From NCBI GenBank assembly GCA_030583745.1, contig CP129473.1:508783-550210 (forward strand): DNA of 41,428 nt, written 5' to 3'. The notes under the pieces were generated by a model. The model did no database searches, was not told the origin of the DNA, and saw only the letters and a program-made list of their open reading frames with translations. The translations under genes were made by a program, and so were the position numbers. Numbering within the stretch: position 1 is the first letter of the stretch; the number at the start of each line of letters is the position of its first letter. This DNA comes from Minisyncoccota bacterium (lineage in GTDB: Bacteria > Patescibacteriota > Minisyncoccia > Phycocordibacterales > BOKC01). Positions 32,399 to 40,646 of the stretch are shown here, in pieces.

Positions 32399-34366
32399 TT
32401 ATTTTTTGTCTTTGTCTGACCCTTTGTCTTTCCCCCCTTTTTCCTCATCTAAGATATCTCTTATAACGCTTTCAATATTTTGGCCAGGAGCTTTACCTGT
32501 CCGAATAGCTTTAGCTGCCGCTATTCTTTGTTCTTTGTTTGAAAATGAGAAGGTTTGTCTTAAAACCCCTCTCGGTCTCTCAAGTTCTTCGGCTCTTTGC
32601 TCCATTACAGCTTTTTTCACTTGCGCTCCTTTGATTTGGGCGTTTGTATTCCTTTGTTTGTATCTTTCTCTAAGTTTTTTCATTTCCTGTAAATATTTCT
32701 TTCTAGCTTCAATTATCTGTCGTTTTGCTTCTTCTTCCGCTTCTTCTTGGGTTCCCGCTCCGACAGCTACTGTATCTATTTTTTCCTGCTCTATTCTGTC
32801 TAATTCTGCTTGGTATGTGCGGCCGATTCTTCCTGCCTTACCTTTGTCTGGCGATGCCTCAACCGTGGCCATTCTCTGGCTTCTCTGCTCCACTACTTCT
32901 TGTTCAGCCTTTTCCCCAGCCTTTTTTGCTTTTTCTACTTCAATTTTTGCAAAAGCATCCCTTCGTTTATCTCTTGCTTTTTGAAAGTCCGCGCCACTTG
33001 GGCCTTTACCACCAAACTTGCTCTTTGAAAGTCCCGTAAGCGGGGCTCTTAACATAGAACCAACAGCTGTTTGTCCGAATCTCGTACCACCGAGCGCTCT
33101 GTCAGCCCCTGCAGCCAATCTGCCGACGGTTTGTCTTGCCGGAGCTGACCCCATTCTTTTGGCGCTGTTGCTTGCCCATTTCACCGCTTTTTCTCCACCC
33201 TGAACCCCGATTAATTTCGCGGCGACGATTGAGAATGCTGCCATTCCTATAACCACTATAAAATTGAAGATTATCGCCATTTTGTCTTTCAAAAGACCCT
33301 CCACGAACCCTTCCTTATTAGAACCACTTAATCCGTCTGGTATTATGCGGGTGAGAGATTCTCCCAAATTTGTTCCACCGTTTGTCAATCCATTTAGTAC
33401 TAGTATTGTTACCCAGATCAAAGCTAGAAAAATTGGAGCAAAGATCGCTTGAGAGATAAGTGCATCCCACCATTTTTTTGACCAATCGTCCTTCGGTAAA
33501 GCCATAGCGGCAAAAGCTAGAGGTGAAAGAATCATCAGGAATATTAAGACCACAAACCTTATTGTTAAAAGAATTGCTGCGGCGGCAAAAACAAAAGCTA
33601 CCACCATAAAAAGGAAAAAACTTAAAATTGCTACCAGAAGAATGTTTAAGGGGCCGTTGACAGTGCTTAGTAATTTTTCTGCTCCCGCTAAATTAAAAGC
33701 ACTTTCAAGTCCGAGTTGTCTCATAAATGCTCCGGAGAGGCCTAAATCTTTTCCGGTGCTTGAGACCCCCACCTCTTCTATTTGATTATAGAAACTTGTT
33801 GCCACAATATTTGAGGCATCTATAAGAGCTTTTGTGAAAAACAAACTGAAATTTATTAGTAGAGCGATGATTATGACATGAACCAAGAGTTTTTTGGTGG
33901 TAGCGGTATCCATCCGCAAAATGGTCATTATGGCGATGTATAGGATGATGAAGATAAAGAAAATATTGGCGAGGTCTCGGAAAGTCCCCCAGGCATCTGT
34001 TATGACCGGCAGGTCTCTAACCCTTTGAGCCATTTCCACGATCGTATAATCAAGAGTGTAGTTTAACAATAGTCCAGCCAAGCCAAGAACCCAACCGGCA
34101 AGCATGATTATAAATTTACCAATCCAAGAAGCTATGCCTTCTGCAAAACCTTCAGCGAATTCTTTAGGTTTTTCAGCTACCATTTGACCTCCTTGGATAA
34201 TTCCACGAATAGCTATATCTGCGCCGGGAAGCGGCACAATTTGAGCTTCAGAAGATTTTGTTTCAATAAACGGTAACGGAAAAACAGCCGAAAAAAATAA
34301 GAAAACTATTAGAGTTGAGAGAAACAGAAATTTTTGTTTTTTGTTAATGCCCGTTAAGTTTTTCAT
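32399..34366 (-). CDS. Polytopic membrane protein, VirB6/TrbL-like, with a long Lys/Glu/Ala-rich C-terminal tail
   Basis: It has a signal/anchor and at least 6 hydrophobic helices. It shares an ATGA overlap with the upstream gene. Position and architecture fit the VirB6 role, but no strict sequence motif was verified. Confidence 0.5.
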   Translation of the reverse strand: MKNLTGINKKQKFLFLSTLIVFLFFSAVFPLPFIETKSSEAQIVPLPGADIAIRGIIQGGQMVAEKPKEFAEGFAEGIASWIGKFIIMLAGWVLGLAGLLLNYTLDYTIVEMAQRVRDLPVITDAWGTFRDLANIFFIFIILYIAIMTILRMDTATTKKLLVHVIIIALLINFSLFFTKALIDASNIVATSFYNQIEEVGVSSTGKDLGLSGAFMRQLGLESAFNLAGAEKLLSTVNGPLNILLVAILSFFLFMVVAFVFAAAAILLTIRFVVLIFLMILSPLAFAAMALPKDDWSKKWWDALISQAIFAPIFLALIWVTILVLNGLTNGGTNLGESLTRIIPDGLSGSNKEGFVEGLLKDKMAIIFNFIVVIGMAAFSIVAAKLIGVQGGEKAVKWASNSAKRMGSAPARQTVGRLAAGADRALGGTRFGQTAVGSMLRAPLTGLSKSKFGGKGPSGADFQKARDKRRDAFAKIEVEKAKKAGEKAEQEVVEQRSQRMATVEASPDKGKAGRIGRTYQAELDRIEQEKIDTVAVGAGTQEEAEEEAKRQIIEARKKYLQEMKKLRERYKQRNTNAQIKGAQVKKAVMEQRAEELERPRGVLRQTFSFSNKEQRIAAAKAIRTGKAPGQNIESVIRDILDEEKGGKDKGSDKDKK

Positions 34367-35625
34367 AGCGGCAGGGTTGATGTGGCGACACTCATTGACC
34401 GACCAGATTCTTGCTCAAGATCGTTAAACGCGGATACCTGGTAAGTATATTCTGTATTGGGAAACAAGCCGACATCTGTAAATACCGTCTCTGTTGTAGT
34501 TACGACAGAGACGTCATTCCTCCATACCCGATAGTTTATTGATCCGATTTGTCCGACTGCTGGATCCCAACCAAGACGAACTGTTGTCCATGTCGTGTCG
34601 AGAACTTTCAAATTTTCAGGAGTTAAGGGAGCGTATTGGCGGGTCGGTACTTTTTCGTCAGCTCTGGCCTGCGCTGCCCCCTTTAATCCGCCGCTACTTA
34701 AAGCGCCGGTGATGAGTTGGCTCGAAAGAGATTGTAGAATACGGTCAAAACTGTCAGCTGTTTCAAGTTCCCGCAGTTCCGTTCCAAGGGCGGTATCTAA
34801 ACTGTTGGCAATTGTTTTGCCTGGCGTAATTATATTCCCGATATCATCGGTCAAAGAGAAAAATCCGTCGCCCCAGTTTAATTTCATAAGCTCTGTGTTT
34901 TGGGCGCCTGCGATTCTGGAATTAAGCTCGGCTTCAGTTGCCGAATAAGCTCCGTAAGGATTGTTTTGCGGTTGGATAATCTGAAACCAACCATCCCATC
35001 CGCCGACTGAAAAACCACCGGGCTTTGTAAAATTAGCGTAACTTTCCGCATTTTGGAGCGCGCCGGAGAGGGTGCAGGACCACCGCGATCTACTCGACTC
35101 AAATTGGTTATTATATTTGAAATTCAAGAGGCCTCTTAAATCAAAGCCGAACTCGGGAGTTTTGAACGGACTGCAGAGGAAACTCTCTAAGCCGGCGCTG
35201 TTTATAAACCCACCAGCAACAGAATCGGCAACGCCTAAAAAGAAATTATTTGGATCGGTAACAAATGCCGACCCACCAGCAAATCCAGAATCCACCCACT
35301 TGATTATATTGCTTGTTACCATGCCTAAAATTCCGCTTGAAATCTGTCGGGCGATGAAATCGTGGCTTGTCGGAGCGAGTGAAGCGGCCACTCCCGGACT
35401 TAGGGGATAAATTCCTGGTACTTGGCCGACTTCTTTTGCAGTGTTGGCGCCAGTGGCAATCGCAGTGTTCATTCCGTAGGTGTTTAGAAAAGTTCCTTGT
35501 AGAGCGTCAATTGGAACGTGTGGTTGAGCTTTGGCTTGGATTGGGGCGAGCGTGCAAAACATCGCCAAAAACATCGCCGAGCAGAATAAGAAGTTTTTTT
35601 CAGCTTTGGTTTTCAGGAAATTCAT
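34363..35625 (-). CDS. Exported protein with a C-terminal fibronectin type III domain
   Basis: It has a signal peptide ending in AKAQP. The C-terminal LKVLDTTWTTVRLGWDP...YRVWRND...NTEYTYQVSAFN shows the classic FN3 pattern. Confidence 0.65.
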   Translation of the reverse strand: MNFLKTKAEKNFLFCSAMFLAMFCTLAPIQAKAQPHVPIDALQGTFLNTYGMNTAIATGANTAKEVGQVPGIYPLSPGVAASLAPTSHDFIARQISSGILGMVTSNIIKWVDSGFAGGSAFVTDPNNFFLGVADSVAGGFINSAGLESFLCSPFKTPEFGFDLRGLLNFKYNNQFESSRSRWSCTLSGALQNAESYANFTKPGGFSVGGWDGWFQIIQPQNNPYGAYSATEAELNSRIAGAQNTELMKLNWGDGFFSLTDDIGNIITPGKTIANSLDTALGTELRELETADSFDRILQSLSSQLITGALSSGGLKGAAQARADEKVPTRQYAPLTPENLKVLDTTWTTVRLGWDPAVGQIGSINYRVWRNDVSVVTTTETVFTDVGLFPNTEYTYQVSAFNDLEQESGRSMSVATSTLPL

Positions 35626-35644
35626 TTAATAAAAATTTATAAAT

Positions 35645-36493
35645 TTAAATATTCAGAACTTTTTCAATCACGTAGCCCGGGTCGTTTGGAGAGAAATAAA
35701 CATCGTTTTTCTTCAAATATTCGCTGATTTTTGAAAGTGCCTCGCGTAAATCAGAACCATATCCGGCGTAATTACTGATAATAAATATTCCATCAACCGG
35801 GTCTGACAAAACAGTTTCAAAATTCTGAATGCTGATTCTGACTCCATTTAAGGCATTTATCATTTCAAGATGCGAGGAAGCGATTTCCGCAGGTGTTTCA
35901 AGTTTCAGATATTCGGAGATTAAATTGTCGTAATTTTTTATTACCAGCTCAAGTTGTTTTAATTCAGCCGGACTGTTTAACTGCATAGCTTTGGCCAAAA
36001 CGTCGTTTGGGTTAGGAACATTTGCGGAAAAAGAGTATTTTTGGGAGATTTCGCCAATCTTGTTTCCGTAAAGACGCAGATCTTCTTTGCTGTTTCTAGC
36101 GCTGATTTTCAGATCCGAAATTCTGTATTCCGTCGCTGATTTTCTTAAAATTTCCTGATCAATGGGGTTTTTGTCAAATATTTTTTTTATTACTTCTTCC
36201 TCATCTATCCTTTCTTTGTTTTTCTGGGCTTGGAAGTATTCTTCTAAGACTCCTTTTGCCAACTCATCCGCATAGGCGCCGCTGACTCTGGGAATAATCA
36301 TTTGCCGTCTTTCCAAGATTTCTTTTTCCCACATAGCCAAAGAATTGTTTGGGGACTCGGTTCTTATAATCGGCTGGTCGGACTTATAAACTAGTTCGCG
36401 CTCGGCGCCCAATTCAACGCTCGCTGCCGTGACAATTATCACTAGGGAAAAAACTATCGCTCCGATTATGGTTATGATTGATTTTCTAGGCAT
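35645..36493 (-). CDS. Bitopic membrane protein (N-terminal TM + ~250-aa helical ectodomain); first gene of the T4SS-like operon
   Basis: The TM segment is IITIIGAIVFSLVIIVTAASV. The topology is compatible with a VirB8/PrgL-like scaffold, but this is speculative. Confidence 0.5.
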   Translation of the reverse strand: MPRKSIITIIGAIVFSLVIIVTAASVELGAERELVYKSDQPIIRTESPNNSLAMWEKEILERRQMIIPRVSGAYADELAKGVLEEYFQAQKNKERIDEEEVIKKIFDKNPIDQEILRKSATEYRISDLKISARNSKEDLRLYGNKIGEISQKYSFSANVPNPNDVLAKAMQLNSPAELKQLELVIKNYDNLISEYLKLETPAEIASSHLEMINALNGVRISIQNFETVLSDPVDGIFIISNYAGYGSDLREALSKISEYLKKNDVYFSPNDPGYVIEKVLNI

Positions 36494-36588
36494 AAAACTT
36501 AAAAGTATTATATCAAATAAAAGCCGGAATTCATTTTGTTTTTCAGCTGTGTGGATTATTTTCTCTACCTTGTTGTATAATAGGCGAA

Positions 36589-37674
36589 ATGTTTTTTAAA
36601 GAAAAAAAATTGAAGATTTACAAATACTTTTTGGCCGTTTTTATTTTCTTCCTTTTAATTTTTGGCGGGTTTGGTTTGGGCTTTTCGCAAAAAGATTTTA
36701 AACCGGGAATCGTTTTCTTGTCGCAGAAACTGGGTTGGTTTAACCTTGGCTTGGCAAACGCTTCAAATCACTTTTCTTTTTTGCTTTTGCAGGCCGAAAA
36801 CTGCCGGGAAATAGTTTCGGCGTACGGAGAGTTGACTGATAGCAGGATTAGCGTTTGTGTTTCAGCTTTTAGAAGTTGGGAAAAATGGGGCTTTGAAAGA
36901 AACGATGATTTTCACCCGCTTTGGCTGACTTGGCTTTATTGGAAAGAAAACCCCGACAAGCAGGCACCTCTGACTTTTGATGGTTGGGCAAGGGGGGCTT
37001 CCGGCATGCTTAATTCTTGGGCAAAATTCATGAGTGAATATGAGGGGCCGTTAGATGATATTCACAACCCTTGCCACGACATCACTCTTCACTACTCTTC
37101 CAGTGTCATTAATACTCCGCTACAAAATCCGGATACGGGATGGAGAAACTATTCCAGTTATTACGAATCATGTGAAGAAAAATTCAACAAATTTTCGGAA
37201 TATGAATATGACGATCCGGAGCACCCGCTCTATCTTTTTTGGGAACAATGGAACACAGACCAATCTTGGGAGACGGATGATGGACAACAGAATCTTATTC
37301 CGCCCCCAATTTTCAGCCAATGGGAAATTGGCGCTGGACTTTTAGCCGAGAGCGAATGGAATTTTACGAGGCAGCCGTTTTTTAGTAGTTTACCTGGCTT
37401 TGGTGGGAGGGTCGCAAGCGTTATGGACTGCACCTGCGACGAGACTAAGCTTTTTTATTTAACACCCGTTCCCGGAAGCTGGTCTGGGCCGTATTTGGTA
37501 AGAGAGTCAACTGACTTGCACCCGGTTTACGGTCCTGTTTCTTCAGGCCGGTGGGTTTTGGGGAATGTTAATTCCGGCGGATCTTGCATGATGACTTCCA
37601 ATACCGGTTGCTATCCAATCCCGACAATGTTTAAAGTTCAGCCTCGTCCGGCCGGAGTCGGCGCTAGCCAATAG
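36589..37674 (+). CDS. Membrane-anchored Trp-rich, Cys-containing protein, divergent from the T4SS-like operon
   Basis: It has an N-terminal TM and many W residues (WLTWLYWKENPDK, WEQWNTDQSWETDD). A C-terminal Cys cluster is present (DCTCDE...GGSCMMTSNTGC). A TATAAT at 36576-36581 ends 7 nt before the ATG. Confidence 0.6.
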   Translation: MFFKEKKLKIYKYFLAVFIFFLLIFGGFGLGFSQKDFKPGIVFLSQKLGWFNLGLANASNHFSFLLLQAENCREIVSAYGELTDSRISVCVSAFRSWEKWGFERNDDFHPLWLTWLYWKENPDKQAPLTFDGWARGASGMLNSWAKFMSEYEGPLDDIHNPCHDITLHYSSSVINTPLQNPDTGWRNYSSYYESCEEKFNKFSEYEYDDPEHPLYLFWEQWNTDQSWETDDGQQNLIPPPIFSQWEIGAGLLAESEWNFTRQPFFSSLPGFGGRVASVMDCTCDETKLFYLTPVPGSWSGPYLVRESTDLHPVYGPVSSGRWVLGNVNSGGSCMMTSNTGCYPIPTMFKVQPRPAGVGASQ

Positions 37675-37679
37675 TTTTT

Positions 37680-38471
37680 CTAATTAAAATTTTTCGCCAA
37701 ACAACCCCAATTTTCCAGAGTCAAATTTTCGGCTCGGCTTTTCTCGGTGATATTACATTTTTTGTAAACCTCTTCTAATTTTTCTTTTGGCGCGAAAATC
37801 AGGAACTTCTTCTGTAAAATTTTTCTTTTCTCGGCGAAGCCGACTTTTATAATCTCAAAAAATTTTTCTTCCGCGATTTGGTTTTTCCGGAAAAAATCAC
37901 GGCTGATATTCTTTATGGCGATAATCCCCGAATCTACTTTTGGCGCTGGACTGAATTCTTTGGCTCGGACTGTTTGGATGTATTTCGGATTACCAAAGGT
38001 TTTAACGCTTATGGACAATAAACTTTCTTTTTTATCTTGGGCTACTATTCTTTTGGCGACTTCTTTTTGGAGCATTAAGACCATGGCCGCTGGCTGGTTG
38101 TCGCTTTGTAAAAACTTTCGTAAAAACTTTCCAGTTATGTAGTATGGTAAATTAGCTACCAATTTGTAGCTATTTTTAATGTAAGTACTTTGGTCTATTT
38201 CTAAAATGTCACCATGAATTATTGTAAGTTTTCCGCTAGAAATTTCAGCCCCGAATTTTTCTTTTAGAAACGGGATAAAACGATCGTCTTTTTCGATCGT
38301 GATAACTCTACTCCCCTGTTTTAACAATTCTTCAGTCAACAATCCTTCTCCTGGCCCGACTTCTACCACCAAATCGTCTGGCAAGATTTCTGCCGCCTCT
38401 CTCATTGTTTTCAAAATTTTCCTGTTTCTCAAGAAATTTTGACCGAGAGTTTTTTTGGCTTTAATTCTCAT
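37680..38471 (-). CDS. rsmA: 16S rRNA (adenine1518/1519-N6)-dimethyltransferase
   Basis: It has KKTLGQNFL and the SAM-binding VVEVGPGEGLLT motif. Confidence 0.93.
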   Translation of the reverse strand: MRIKAKKTLGQNFLRNRKILKTMREAAEILPDDLVVEVGPGEGLLTEELLKQGSRVITIEKDDRFIPFLKEKFGAEISSGKLTIIHGDILEIDQSTYIKNSYKLVANLPYYITGKFLRKFLQSDNQPAAMVLMLQKEVAKRIVAQDKKESLLSISVKTFGNPKYIQTVRAKEFSPAPKVDSGIIAIKNISRDFFRKNQIAEEKFFEIIKVGFAEKRKILQKKFLIFAPKEKLEEVYKKCNITEKSRAENLTLENWGCLAKNFN

Positions 38472-38480
38472 TTTTTTACT

Positions 38481-40406
38481 TTAAAATTCGATGTTTATGA
38501 AGTTTGAAGACCGGTTGTAAAATTCTATCAATTCGCCCGGAATGTCGGCGATGAAGGATGAAGGCAGGTTATAGACATTGTTGCCAAAAATTCCCCGCCG
38601 ACCCGCGTAAGAAAGAAAAACCTTTTTTCTGGCTCGCGTCAGGGCGACATAAAACAGACGCCTTTCTTCTTCTTTTTCTTCCGCTCTCATATTTGGGCGT
38701 TCATAAGGAAATAAATTTTCTTCAAGGCCACTAATAAAGACATAATCAAACTCCAAACCTTTGGCGGCATGCGCTGTCATGAGTTTCAAATTTTCTTGAG
38801 GTTTTTCCGGTGAATCTTCGTCGGTGGCGAGCGAAACATCGTCTAAAAATTTGCTCAATGATTCACTGGGATTTCCGTAAGAATATCTGCCGGCGAAATT
38901 CACAAGCTCAAGGATGTTCTCTAAGCGTTCTATGTCTTCAACTCCACCTTTCTCCAGATGATTTTTCAACCCGCTTTTTTCCAAGACAAACCTGATTAAT
39001 TCAGATGGATATTTTGTCTCTGACTCCTTTTTTATTTCCAGCAAAAAATCTCTAAATTTTTTAATTTTTATTTTAATTCCGATGTTCAGCTCGCTTTCTT
39101 TTCCGGCAAAAATTTTCAGAAGAGAGGTTTTCCCTAAGCCCCTTGGCGGTACATTTATTATTCTTTTAATATCCGAGAAGCTTTCCCAGTCCAATGCCGC
39201 TCTTAGATATGAGACGATGTCTTTTATTTCTTTTCTTTCAAAAAATTTGATGCCAATAACTTGGTATGGCAGGCCCTCCCCCATAAAGACCTCTTCTAAA
39301 GCCCGCGATTGAAAGTTGGCTCGGTAGAGCACGGCGATTTCTTTTGCCGAAACACCGCCTTGAATAAGGTCTTTGACTAGCGTGGCGATTTTTGCAGCTT
39401 CATCAATCTCATTTTCCGCTTCTATGAGTGAAAGTTTATCCCCTATTTCGTTTCTGGTGAATAAATTTTTTTCCGGCCGGAGTGTGTTCTTTTTTATGAC
39501 TTCGTTAGCGGCATTTAGAATGTTTTGACTTGATCGATAATTCTCTTCCAAAAAAATCATCTTTGCTTCCGGGTAGTCTTTTTCAAAATCAATTAGGTTT
39601 TTGAATCTGGCACCTCTGAAGCTGTAAACACACTGGTCGTGGTCGCCGACCACGCAGATATTTCGCTTGTCTTTTGCCAGTCGTTTGGCAATTTCATACT
39701 GAGCTTTGTTGGTGTCTTGGTATTCATCAATGTGTATGTAGTGCCAAAGGTCATGATATTTTTTAAGGATTTCGTCTTTTCTCAACAAAAACTCACACTT
39801 TAGAAGTAAATCGTCAAAATCCAAGGCCCTCTCTCTTTTTAGAATTTTTTCATACTCTCGCCAAACGTGAACAACTTCTTTTGGTAGGTATGAAAACCCA
39901 GAATCTTCAAACGAAAATTCTTCAAAATCTTCCGGAGTCTTGAGTTCGCCCTTTTGTTTTGAGATTAAACTTAAAATTGCGCCGGGAGACAAATCACTTT
40001 TTTTTCCAAGGTTTTTCAAAGACTCTTTTATAGCTTTTTTTGAGTCTTCGCGGTCAAAAATTTTAAAATACCTGTTTAGGCCGAAGATTTTTGAATTTTC
40101 TTTTATTATTTTTACACCCAATGCATGGAATGTTCCGAGGAACGGACCTTTACCATTATGAATCTCAACCCCTCCTTGTTTAAGGAGTTCAAAAACTCTA
40201 TCTCTCATTTCCCGCGCGGCTTTATTGGTAAAAGTAATTGCCAGAATTTTTTCCGGATCCACCCCGCTTTTTATAAGATGGAGAATTCTCCAAGTCAGGG
40301 TTTTGGTTTTTCCGGCTCCGGCTCCGGCCACTATCAAAACCGGCCCGTCAATCGTTTCAACCGCCTCTTTTTGCTTTGGATTTAATTTTTCAGAAATATT
40401 TTTCAT
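38481..40406 (-). CDS. pcrA: UvrD/PcrA-family SF1 DNA helicase
   Basis: Motif I is AGAGAGKTKTL and motif II is IHIDEYQDTN. Motifs VGDHDQCVYSFRGA and LMTAHAAKGLEFDYVF are also present. Confidence 0.93.
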   Translation of the reverse strand: MKNISEKLNPKQKEAVETIDGPVLIVAGAGAGKTKTLTWRILHLIKSGVDPEKILAITFTNKAAREMRDRVFELLKQGGVEIHNGKGPFLGTFHALGVKIIKENSKIFGLNRYFKIFDREDSKKAIKESLKNLGKKSDLSPGAILSLISKQKGELKTPEDFEEFSFEDSGFSYLPKEVVHVWREYEKILKRERALDFDDLLLKCEFLLRKDEILKKYHDLWHYIHIDEYQDTNKAQYEIAKRLAKDKRNICVVGDHDQCVYSFRGARFKNLIDFEKDYPEAKMIFLEENYRSSQNILNAANEVIKKNTLRPEKNLFTRNEIGDKLSLIEAENEIDEAAKIATLVKDLIQGGVSAKEIAVLYRANFQSRALEEVFMGEGLPYQVIGIKFFERKEIKDIVSYLRAALDWESFSDIKRIINVPPRGLGKTSLLKIFAGKESELNIGIKIKIKKFRDFLLEIKKESETKYPSELIRFVLEKSGLKNHLEKGGVEDIERLENILELVNFAGRYSYGNPSESLSKFLDDVSLATDEDSPEKPQENLKLMTAHAAKGLEFDYVFISGLEENLFPYERPNMRAEEKEEERRLFYVALTRARKKVFLSYAGRRGIFGNNVYNLPSSFIADIPGELIEFYNRSSNFINIEF

Positions 40407-40451
40407 TTTTAGTCAAGGAAAGTCTCTATCCACAGACCATTTATGTTACTA

Positions 40452-40479
40452 TTGACTCCCCACCTTGTATCGCTATAAT
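40452..40479 (+). promoter_or_regulatory. Near-consensus sigma70 promoter upstream of the LysM-M23 gene
   Basis: The arrangement is TTGACT (40452-40457), a 16-nt spacer, then TATAAT (40474-40479). Confidence 0.6.
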
Positions 40480-40646
40480 GGCAAGTATACCAGAAATGAG
40501 GTCACCCTGAATTCAGAGGCGACAGGACACAGAAATTCCGAATTATCATTAATTTAAGCAATATTTTACTTGATTCTCAAAATATCGACCCCCCAGGGTC
40601 TCTAAGTCGGGGTCGTAAAAACTGTATTTTATTTGGAAGAACCTTT

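Noticed and set aside
32406-33452. Several 60-190-aa plus-strand ORFs inside the VirB6-like gene
   Set aside because: They are antisense shadows of the Lys/Glu/Ala-rich tail of the minus-strand gene. Their translations are low-complexity (Ser/Leu/Phe/Cys-rich) and they have no SD.
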